Assembly (NCBI GenBank): GCA_963514005.1
Contig: OY740807.1
Coordinates: forward strand, 20,646,001-20,710,000
Length of the DNA: 64,000 nt
Origin: Raja brachyura
Lineage: Eukaryota
Direction of reading: 5' to 3'
The position numbers and the translations under genes were made by a program. Shown here one piece after another: positions 36,701-48,700 of the stretch. Every line of letters starts with the position of its first letter. Position 1 is the first letter of the stretch. A model generated the notes under the pieces. That model made no database searches. It saw nothing but the letters and a program-made list of their open reading frames with translations, and was not told where the DNA came from.

Positions 36701-39700
36701 CAACCTGTTAAGCTCACTTTTTAAAGTTTATTTATTCTTCCATTCTATTCCTTCTTAAACTTTTGTTGACTCTTTATTTATTTTTTTCCAATTCCAGGTT
36801 TTTATTTTCAATTAGTTTTTGGTTTGCATGCAAAATCTTGCATGAGCTGCACTGTAGAGGACTGTGTTAGATAAAATATTGACGTAGGCTGTGTCATAGG
36901 GATGTGGCAAGAATTGGAAAATGGTGTTGCTAATGTGTCAGGGTCTCTTTTAAGGTTAGCCTTTTTCTCCTGCCGCAGAGCACGGACTCCAGGTCATTGT
37001 CCCCAGGAGCAGAGCCCAGGTCTGCATCAAAGTCGCCAAAGGCAAAGGAAGGCAAACACTCGAAGCATAATTCCAGGAGTTTCAGGTCCAAATCCCCCGG
37101 CCACAGCAGGAGGTCCTCCGCTGAGGGAAGACACGCAAAGCCCAGGTCAAGATCACCATCCGCTCACAGAGGCTCAAGCCGACGGAAGTCGACCCTGCCG
37201 GCTCACAAAGTGTCTTCTCGCTCTCCAAGTCAATCGGACTTCAGCAGTGACTCTGCGGGAAGTGTCGGCAGTCGGTCGCGATCGCGTCATACGTCAGGCC
37301 GGAGTAAAAGCACACGAGCAAAGAAGTTAGTCCTCGCTTATTTTTCTGCTTTTCAAAAGACACAATCTTGATATTCTGCATCCCCAGCTCTCTTAAATTC
37401 CTGTCCACCTATTTTTAGGTCATTCATTGTTGACATGCCCCAATGTACTCCTCCACATTCTCCCCTCCATGGAACCTGTTCTTCAGGTTACAAATCTGGT
37501 TTTCTGGGTCATTGATCATGACGGAATGGAAATGTAGCTATAACCACATTTCGGTTCCCTTAATACCAATAAATGGACCCGGCCCCCAAAATGCAACCTC
37601 TTAGTATTGGTGAAACTGCAGTCCATTGACAAAGTTATCTTGGAAATTGGTTTCGAAAATAAACATCTGTGGCTATCTGCAGTCTGTAAGATGTGCGTAA
37701 ATTATTCACTTCCTGTCATGATTCACCCTCCAAGTCTCATTTCCCATCATATTTCACATGCTATGAGATCATTAACATTCATCTTATGGCTCGCTGACAG
37801 ACATTGAATAACAAGGCTGTGACCCATGATCTTCGTGCATCACAGCAAAACAAAAACGTCCAACACACAGAGAGGGGGAACCATATTGATTAATGCATGC
37901 TGCTCTTTTGCAGACGATCAATCAATAATTATGTGACACTTGGGGCTTGAATATAACATGAAGCCCAATCAGCAGCTCCATAACTCTTTCATTTGAACTA
38001 ATTTTCACATCCAGGCCCCATGATTTCCACTTTCCTCCCTTGATTTCAGTCTTGTTTCTCTGTTTTCCCCATGCCCCCGTCCCCTATGCAAAATGTCTGT
38101 CTTCCTTTCCCCTCTTACACATGGCAGCCTGCGTGATTGTTGTAACGTGAGCTCTTTAACAATGCTAATACACTTCCTTATAAGCAGATTTTATTTGTTG
38201 GATCACTTCCATGTAATCTTAGAGCATAACTGAGTTCACCAGAAATGGTTCAAATCCAATTTCTAGACTTTTATATCCACACAGGCACAGTACAATCATG
38301 TAATTATTCATACCACCTTGCAGTGACCCAAGTTCTGTCTATGTTGTCATATTCTTCTTCATTAAAGTAAGCTTAACATAAATTTAACCACAACACATAG
38401 TTATTCAACCAAAGTCAGGATACACTATTTATAAGCACTCCTGTGAGTTTGGGTTTCATTTTGTTGAAACTGCTTGTGTTCCATTCATGCCTGATTTTTT
38501 ATTATTTAAGGTGTTGTGTAGGCATTGCACCCAGTGTGAAAAGTTAAAATACTTTCATGAAGTGCTCCCGGTCAAACTGGCCAACATGAATCAAAAATGT
38601 ACTAGTTAGAGTCATGCTTTATACAAAAGATACGTGTTGAGGAAATTGCTGCAGGAATTTTGCAGAATCCTCAACAAAGCCCCATTTGACTAGTTTTACC
38701 AATAATTGTCCATTCATAAGAGCAGTGAATTGCTGATGATTGCACAGTGTTTAGTTGTAATGATGTGTCCTCATATAATCAAGGATTCCATGCCTGCCTA
38801 AAGCAAGGTCTGGCCAACATTTGGTTCATTACAAGCGGTAGGTAACACACAAATGTCAGGCAATGATCCGTTCCATTCAGTACGAGCCTGCCACTGTGAT
38901 ATGATCACTATGTCCTCAGCATCCCAGCATTGACCAGAAATCTATTTTTATATATTTTTATTAGAGGCCATACGCATTACAAATAATATGATAATTTTTT
39001 TCAGATATATTACATCTTTCCAAAATTATATAAATATTACAAAGCCAAATATATAGGCCTCAATTTTTTTAATAGTGTGAAGAAAAAAAAAGAGTAAAGA
39101 AAGAATAGAGATTAATTTAAAGAGTGTGATTATAATTTTGATTAGAAGAGAAAAAGAGAGAAAAAAAAACATATAGCTAATAAACAATTATTATACTTAA
39201 AGATTAAAAAAACAGTATACATCTTAACAATGAATGGAACAATTTCTAATTATAATATATAGAGACAAGTATATAAATCTCAGATTAAACATTTTCGTTT
39301 GATCTTACCACCGGGTACTTGTTGAGTTTCAATGCTGAGCCCAGCTACCCCTTCATATAATCAGTGAATGGAGACCATATTTGTTCGAAAAGCTCGTGTT
39401 TATCCATTAGGATAAACCTAATTCTCTCCAATTGCAACGTCTCCAACATTGACCAGAAATCAAACTGAGCAATGCCCTGCGTAGAAGTTTAAATTTTCTG
39501 GCTTTTATAGTGAGTTGCAAATGTCTCCATAACTTCAACTTCTACATAGATTTGGTGATTATTCGAATGGTGTGGAACGGAGGGGGCCCTTGTTTTACCC
39601 ACTTCCTGGCATACGTGTACAGCTATAACTGCAATAGTCATCATAAATTCACAGCAATGATAACTGCAAATTTGCCTGAGAAGCAGGTCGGAAGCTGCAA

Positions 39701-42700
39701 GATCCAGTCACATCCTGGTGGATATTTTCTGACATCCCTAAGCTTTCCCACCATCTAAAAGGCACAAGGCTGGGCTGTGATGAGATAGTCTCTACATATC
39801 TGGATGAATCCAATACATCCTAGTCAAGAAACATGTGGGTAAATGTCAATTTGGTTAGCATTGTATTCACACACCTCAACATTAATAAGATTTAGGACAG
39901 TGGCAATTTGGAAGCAACTCCATTCTTCCCTCCAATTTGCACGCTGTCTTGAAATGCTGCAGTTCCCAATCTAATGAAACTGCAGCCATGTATTTACTAG
40001 ACAGACAGACTACTGTGATTCAGGAAGGTGACTTATAAACACCGTCAAGGGGGCACTGATAGATATTCGATAAAGTCTGACCTTAGAATTAATGCCCAGA
40101 TACTTCATATTAGAAAAAATAATACTGGACGTGTAACCCTTATTGGGCATATCAACATTTAGTCCAAGGGTCATTAAAAAAAAAATCAGGACCCTGTCCT
40201 TTCTTTTCCAATTCCATCCAGTTCTTTGTTTCAGTTAATGCCAGAATTCTTCCCTTCATGGCAAGCAATGTGTTCTGGCTTACTTCTGGCTTGCTATAGT
40301 ATCTACCTCAACTACCCCTCTGGCAGTTCATTCCATTAACCCATCACTCCCTAACTGGAAAGGTTGCCCTACAGGTTCCTATTAAATCTTGCCACCCTCA
40401 CAAAAACCTATGTCCTCTAGTGCTTGATTCTGCTACCCTGGGAAAAGGACTATGTCCATTCGTCATATCTACCCCCATCATGATTGTATACACCTCCTTT
40501 TGATCAATCCTCAGCCTCCAACACACCAAGCAATAAATTCCTAGCCTGCCCAACTTTTCCCGATAGCTCAGGCCCTCGTGTCCTGGCCTCGTAATCCTTC
40601 TCTTCCAGTTTAATGGCATCCTTCCTGTAGTAGGGTGACCAAAACTGAACACAGTACTCTAAATGTGGCCTCACTAATGTCTTGTACAACTGTAACATAA
40701 GTGTCCCAACATCTATACTCAATACTCTGACTGATCAAGGCAAAAGTGCCAACTATCCTCTTTGCAATCCTATCTACCTGTGTCGCCACTTTCAAGCAAC
40801 GATGTACGTATTCCTAGAACGCTCTGCGCTATAACACTTTACAGGCCCCAAACATTCACTGTGAAGGTCCTGCCCTGGTTTGACTTCCCAAAATGCAACA
40901 CCTTGCACTTACCTACATTAAACTGCATTAGCCATTCCTCAGCCCACTTGCCCAATTGATCATGATCCTGCTATAATTTTTGAAAACCATTTTCGCTGTC
41001 TACCGAGTTACTAATCATGCCTTGTACATTCTCATCCAAGTCGTTGATATAAATCACAAACAGCAATGGACCCAGCACTGAACCCAGAGGCACACTCGTA
41101 GTCACAGGTCTCCAGTCTGAAAAACCACCTTCCACCACCACCCTCCTTCCATGAAGCCAATTCTGTATCAGGTTAAAGAGCTGTCTTTAGAGCCCATGCA
41201 ATTTAACCTTCCAGAGCAGCCTTCCATGTGGAACCTTATCAACCTTACCTAATTTTAAGATTGAAAGTATGCTTTGTATTAATCGCCACTAACCTCCCTA
41301 CCTCCCAGAAAACTTTAGAATTATTCCTGCTCCCATTTCCTAAAACATTTCTTAATTGCTGTTCAACCAAATCATTTATTCATTTCAAATAGCTGAACAA
41401 GATCATGCTGCGGTGCTCTGAATCAAGGGCCCGCAATTCCAATTCATAGCTATGTACTTTTGGTAATCAATGCTATTCTCTCTCCAAAGCCCTTGTATTC
41501 TTTTGTAGGAGAGGATATATTGGTCGTTTGTCAGACTTTAATGTGTGTAAATTGGCTGCTGACTTTACAATCCCCCGCCCCCCCCACCACTAGGTAATTA
41601 GTTGGATGTGAAGCATTTTAGAATGTATATAGATTGTAAATGGTCTAGATGAAAATAATCATTCTTTTTTTTGTTTCCAACATATTTTCACATATTTCAG
41701 AATGCCCTTAGCCGCTGCCTAGATTTTCTATTATGTGTTCTCTAGGATTCCCTTCATTTGATTCCCTGAATTTGAATTCACTGGTTTCTTCTTCCATGTT
41801 TCCCTTAACCCATTCAGTTAGGTGCACCTCCCACAGTGCTGTGAGGAGAGGCCTGCAATAGAGGATAATTTTGTTGTTGTTTATTACAGTGTTTACAGAG
41901 TAGTATGTATTCATACCTGTTATGATGCTGCAAGTAAGAATGTCATTGTTCCATTTCAGGACATATGACGTTAAAAATACAGTTGACTCTTGAATGGAAC
42001 GTGAATTGCATGGGCCACAGCAGTGAAAAATTGGGTGGGGAGGGGTGGGTCACACATGCAGAATGGATAACACAGCCAGCAAGGATCCTATACCAATTTC
42101 TTTGTTTTACCAGCTGGTTGCAAAACATACAGGCACCTGAAAGAGAATACCTGCCCCATTTATCTATTTGTTATCTTTAATTCTCTATCGTTCACTGATG
42201 ATCTCTTTGGTTTGTCTTCTAAAGCCCCCTGGAAATTCTTCACAGCCAGAGCCTTGTGTTTGTTTTCCCCCTTTATCCCCCACTTGAAGTCCCTGTGTTT
42301 CCTGCTTCATACCTCCTGTCCCTTTTTGAAAGTTTGCAGCGATAGTTCTCTTTAGATGAATGCTGCAATGCTCAGGACGTATTGAATTTCTAAGAAGCAC
42401 ACCCACATCATATTAATTAACTTGCTGCATAGCAAACCTTCAAGATATTTTGCAAGTGTCATGGAAATACAAACTAAGGAATCCAGTGAGCAAAGACATT
42501 CACTCCCCCCCCCCCCAAAAAAAAAGAGAATGGCAGAGGTGATCATAAGGTCATGTGATAGGAGTAGAATTAGGCTATTCGGCCATTAAGTCTACACCGC
42601 CATTCAATCATGCCTGATCGACCTCTTCCTCCTAACCCCATTCTCCTTAAAAATATCTTAAAACTCTTAAAAATATCCACTGACTTGGCCTCCACAACCT

Positions 42701-45700
42701 TCTGTGGCAAAGAATTACACAGATTCACCTCATGTTGTTGACCTCCCCGTGGTGAGCCCTGTCAACTGACCTCAGTCAGGCGAACAACAACAAACAGACA
42801 CAGCAACAGCGCCGCAGCTTGGCGCCAACCCGGAGCATGCGCCCTTTTTAGGGCGGGCACCTACGGATGTCGAACCGGATGGCATCACCCTGCTGCAGAC
42901 TTCTGCTGCCTCAAACGCAAGAAGAAGACCACCCTCTGATTAAAGAAATTTCTCCACATCTCCTTCCTAAAAGAACGTCCTTTAATTCTGAGGCCATGAC
43001 TTCTAGTCCTGGACTCTCCCACTAGTGGAAACATTTTCTCCACAACCACTCTAACCAAGCCTTTCACTATTCTGTATGTTTCAATGAGGTCCCCCCTCAT
43101 TCTTCTAAACTCCAGCGAGTACAGGCCCAGTGCCGACAAATGCTCATCATAGGTTAATCTATTCATTCCTGGGATAATTCTTGTAAACCTCCTCTGGACC
43201 CTTTCCAGAGCCAGCACATCCTTCCTCAGATATTGTGCCCAAAGTTTATCACAATTTTCCAAATGCGACATAAAACCTCAGCATTACATCCCTGTTTTTG
43301 TATATAAGCCCTCTTGAAATAGAAACATAGAAAAATAGGTGCAGGAGTAGGCCATTCGGCACTTCGAGCCTGCACCGCCATTCAATGTGATCATGGCTGA
43401 TCATCCAACTCAGTATCCCGTACCTGCCTTCTCTCCATACCCCCTGATCCCTTTAGCCACAAGTGCCACATCTAATGTGCTCTTAAATATAGCCAATGAA
43501 CTGGCCTCAACTACCTTCTGTGGCAGAGAATTCCAGAGACTCACCACTCTCTGTGTAAAGAATGTTTTCCTCATCTCGGTCCTAAAGGAATTCCCCCTTA
43601 TCCTTAGACTGTGACCCCTTGTTCTGGACTCCCCCAACATTGGGAACAATCTTCCAGCATCTAGCTTGTCCAACCCCTTAAGAATGTTGTAAGTTTCTAT
43701 AAGATCCCCCCCTCAATCTTCTAAATTCCAGCGAGTACAAGCCGAGTCTATCCAATCTATCCAATCTTTCCTCATATGAAAGTCCTGACATCCCAGCTAG
43801 CAATGCTAGCATTGAGTTTGTCATTTTACAACTGATACTTTACCTTTGGATTATATGTATATCTATAAACCAAATGGAACATTTAAGCCCACCATACAAT
43901 TCATTTATATGTCTATTCCTTATGTGATAATGCTACTGAAAAATTCCCTTATTATGTCATGTTTCATAGTGTGAGATATAGTTTGTGCTCACAATCACTG
44001 CTCAGAGACTAAATCATCGAAACAAGAGATGCTTTTTTTTATTTGCGAATCTGCAGAATCGGGTGCCTCTCCCAATTGAGACACACCGAAATCAGAAAAG
44101 TAAAGCCCCTTTATACACACAATTCTGCTGGCATAACCTCCCCTTCTGACTCTTCCCAATCGGAGCACTGAGGTGCACAGTCTATAGGTACGTCCCCCAG
44201 TACCACCCACATCATACATAGCATGTTCATACATGTGTATGGTAATGAGCAATTTCTCAACTAGGGGCGTATAAGTAATATTCATTCATTTCATTAAGCA
44301 TGCCCAGTTGCAATTGACCTGGCCTAGTTTGCTCACCTCCAACTGACCTATCTCAGTTTTTTTATATCTGAACTAAAGCTAGTTTCTACTGACAAGGGTC
44401 CCCTTTCATCCCTAGTCCCTACTGACAAGGTCCCATCTATCACCCTCCTTCTACGCTATACTATGCCATCCATCCTCACTCAAGGACAGTTCTGATAAAC
44501 CCATTCCCAGCTGTGTCAATATCTTCTCCCTGGCCCCTATCGGCTAGAATCCTGTTTACAAGTTAGAATCCTCTCCTGAATCCTTACAATAGTGGGGTTT
44601 AATCACTTTATCCCTCACAATAGTTCGTCACAATGGGCCCTCACCTGGCCTAAGTACCAAGGTTCAAAACAGGTATAAATCATGTCATAATTTTAGATGT
44701 AGCTGCAATAATTAATTTTCAGGTGTTTTTTTATGAGAATGTTGTCACTGAGACCTGCTGTATATTGTTTGTGTCTTTGAACCTCAGCAAATCTCTTTGA
44801 ATATCACCATACTTCCCCAATTGTAGGTGGTTGTATAGAGGGTCTTAAACTTTAAAAGTGCAAAAAGATACAAGTTCCATGTGTTCTCTTTGGGCCCCAT
44901 TCTTGATTTTGCTGAAGTTTGCATTCTGGTGTTTACTCATGGGATTGGACAGTAATTGAAAATAAATGTCACAAATAAATTCTCAATTATAGTCCACCGG
45001 AAAGTTCACCCCTGCACCCAAACACACCAAACAAACACCACAATAGGCAAGAAAGCAGCTTGAACCAACATGAGAGAACTCTGATGTACGCAGCCTGAAA
45101 ATGCTCCCTTTCTCGACAATGTGATCTGTTGTAAGTGGGAAATGTGCCATGTGCCTCTGACTGCATATAATGTGACATGCTCTCAATCACCTTAACATCA
45201 AGTAAAGCAAAACTTGAACATATTATCAACGGCAGACTCCCTGGACACATTAGAGCCTATAAAATGCTTCAAAAAAATCATCCTTAATAAAATCGGCAAA
45301 ATAAAGCAGATTGTATAGCTATTACCTCACAGCGCCAGTGGCTTGGGTTCAATCCTGACCTCAGGTGCTGTCGATGTGGAGTTTGCACATTCAGTCTGCG
45401 ACAGCGTCAATTTCCTCTGGTTGCTCCAGTTTGCCCCCACAACCCAGGATGTGCGAGTTGGTAGGTTAATTGATCGTCATAAATTGCCCTTGTGTGTCGA
45501 TGAGTGGTGGAATATGCGGGAAGTTGTCAACATTGTGGAGAGTATAAAATTATATTTGATTAATGTAGGATATGTGTAAACGGTTGGTTGGTGGTCAGTG
45601 TGGACAGGTTGGACCAAAGGACCTGTTTCCACGCTGTATCTCTCTTTTTTTTTTATTGCATTCACAGGAAAAAGAATGACCCATTCAGCATCTCAAAGAG

Positions 45701-48700
45701 TAGGCCAAAATCTAGCCAACTCAATCTCAAGAAAGTTGAAATTTTACTTTTAAAGCAAAGTATCCAGATTGTGAATGCAGTTCAATTGGCAAATGTGTTT
45801 GCTGTTCACCCCAGTTGTCCAATAATAAATGTGGATTGCAACTTTTAATAGATGCATATGTTTCTGGTTAACCTTGCAATCATCTCTAAAAGGAAGATGG
45901 CCAAGTGAACTCATTTCAGATTTTTGTTTTCTTTATTGGTCAAGGTGTTCACCTCTCCCAAGTTGTCACCTGGCTATGGAGTATTGCTTTCTGCTTCAGG
46001 CAGAGGTGCTCTTGGAAATTAGATTATGTTATTTCTGCCAGCCCTCACTGCATTCAGCCTTACGGCATTTTAAATTATCCTACAATACATACTTCTGAAA
46101 AGCAAATCAGGTATGACAAGATTGATGAATTAGGGAACGCTATTTCTATTACCTGGGTGGAATTGGTTATAATGCTATTTTCACCAGGAACTAGAGAACT
46201 GCATAAAAGGCACTTTAAATTGACATGCCGGTAAAGCTGTCTTGGAAAAAAATAGTCTAGGGAGAAAAAAACTGCTTCCATTTCCCCTGCCCACAATAAT
46301 CAGATACCATTGTCTCTTAAGAACGCAGTCCGTCAATTTCACCACCAGTATTCATTGAAATTTACAAGTATTTGCTTTTATTGACACTTATGGATATTCT
46401 AATAAAAAGGGTAAAGGTCCTGTCCCACCTTGCCGAGTTACTCACAAAATCTCCAGAGTTTTCCTCTTGATTCGAACTCGGATAATTACAGTAATAGCCA
46501 TTCGTAGGTATTCGGGGCTTTTTTTTATCTCGTGGACATTTTTCAACATGTTGAAAAAACGTCCCGACTTATTTGATGTCCCGAGTTCCTATGGTTGGCA
46601 TTACAAGCCGCTACGAAACATCTACGGACTCCTACGGACTCGCTACTGACATTTCCCGACATTCCCCAAGTTCGAATCAATGGGAAAACTCGGGAGAATT
46701 CGTGAGTAACTCGGGAAAGTTTCAAAGGAATGCACCTATCACACTATCGCAGAACTGTTTGTATTTTGCTGTTCAAAAAGTGCAGAAAAAAAACAGATTA
46801 TTAATATCACTACCTACCTTTCCTTTTGCTTGCAACAATGTCCAGGAAATGAATAATTTTTTTCCTAGCGAATCCAGGACATGCAAGTCGATTAAAACTC
46901 TGCTTGGAGTGTCTGCGATGCACAATACCCAACAGATGTAGGGGCAAAACTGGATGAGGCATGAGATCTGTCCGTATCCCCATTGTCCTAGGCTCGTCAG
47001 GTCACAAAACAAAAATTAAGAACATCTGTTTGATTTTTCTGAAGGTTAAGGCATGCTTCAAGTCGTCACCATCGAAGGCATTACACGAGCAGGAACAAGA
47101 GCCGCACCCGGTCTCCAAGGAAGCACGAACAACCCAGCAGCCACAACTCGGACAAAAAGAAAAGCTCTTCCTACAGCCCCCGGCGCAAGAGCAGCTCCAG
47201 GAGCTCCAGCAGGTCCGTGTCCCGCTCATGCTCCCGATCGCATGATAAGAGAGATGGACGGAGCAAATCACGGTCTTTACTTCGGAAGGAGCAGTCCAGG
47301 TCGGTCACTTCCCTCCACCATGCTAAGCAGGGTGAATGTCAGTAGCTGGAGTAACTCAGCGGGCCAGGCAGCATCTCTGGTTCCTTCTCTCCAGAGATGT
47401 TGCCAGTCCTGCTAAGATACTCCAGCATTTTGTGTCTATCATTGTTACAAACCAGCATCTGCAGTTCCTTCCTACACACATGGTTATTGTAGGTATAATT
47501 GTGCAAATTCCATTTGCCTACTGTATGTAATACCAGAGAAATGGAACGCGCTAGTACTTTTGTCTGAGCTTGATTTGCAGAACTTTACTATGTTTGTTTA
47601 AAAGATGTCAGAACATTGATCATCTTGCCTTTTGCAAAATCTGGATCTGCTTCTGGCAATCACCTCTGTAAGAGGAAGGAAGCCAAATGAGCGAGTTTCA
47701 ATCCGTTAAAGAGATCAAACTTTTTTCCTTAATTGGTCAAGGTGTTCACGTTTTCTAAAATTGCTCAGCCTTCATTTAATTTATTTACATATTCCATTCC
47801 TGTTTTAGTTGTAAAAGCTGTCAAATTATCTTTTTATCTTGTCTGAGATAATTGCTCTGCTACGATGTCTGTTTATTTTTTATTTATTATAATTTTATTA
47901 TTTAAGAAAATAGATGCTATTTGCAGTAATATAAATGGAAGATCATCATCTCAAAAAACTCAATCAAATGTGCAGACCTGGATATTCTTGTGTGCAGTTT
48001 TGGATATTCTTGCAGCAAAGATACTGTGTTAGATGAGGGGAAATTAACCAGACTAGATCTGTACTCTCTTTAATTTGCAAGAACAAGGGATGATAAAACA
48101 TAGAACTGTACAGTCCAGAATCAAGCACTGTGGCCTACGATGGCTCTGCTGCACATGATGTCAGTTTAAACTGTACATTTGTCTGCACATGATCTATAGT
48201 CCTCCATTCCCTGCCTATTCATGTCTTACATAAATGTCTCCTACTTGCTGTCATTTCTACTTCCTCTACTTTTCCTGGCAGCATATTCCAGACACCTACC
48301 AATCTCTGTGTAAAAAAATGTGTCACATGAATCGTGTTTAAACTTTCCTCCTCCCACCTTAAATCTGTGCCCTCCAATATTTGAAATTTCCACTGTGGAA
48401 AAAAGACTGTCTACTCTGTCCATGTCTCTCATCATTTCATAATTTCTTGTCAGGTTGCCCCTCAGCCTCCGACACTCGAGAGAACATAATTCTTACAAGA
48501 ATGATCCCAGGAATGAGTAGTTAACCTATGATGATCATTTGTCAGCACTGGGCCTGTACTCGCTGGAGTTTAGAAGAATGAGGGGGAACCTCGTTGAAAC
48601 ATACAGAATAGTGAAAGGCTTGGATAGAGTGGATGTGGAAAGGATGTTTCCACTAGTGGGAGAGTCTAGGACTAGAGATCAGAATTAAAGGACATTCTCT

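Larger units (their letters stand above)
42545..43800 (-). mobile_element. Two adjacent CR1 3' fragments (~42545-43318 and ~43319-43797)
   Basis: ORFs 42885-43271 and 43410-43673 encode CR1 ORF2 C-termini, each with its own 3' UTR. Confidence 0.88.

Noticed and set aside
36760-36815. Strong pyrimidine tract plus CAG at 36797 as an alternative acceptor for the 36979 exon
   Set aside because: It gives an immediate stop (VFIFN*) with no other support; T-rich tracts like this are common in the window.
42866-42886. DVEPDG in the ribozyme-headed element, suggestive of a 2A peptide
   Set aside because: It lacks the NPGP needed for DxExNPGP and has no supporting ORF.
46961-47415. ORFs 46961-47245 and 47053-47415 from the track
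   Set aside because: These are alternative frames over the SRRM3 exon; the RS-rich, phase-compatible frame is the third one.
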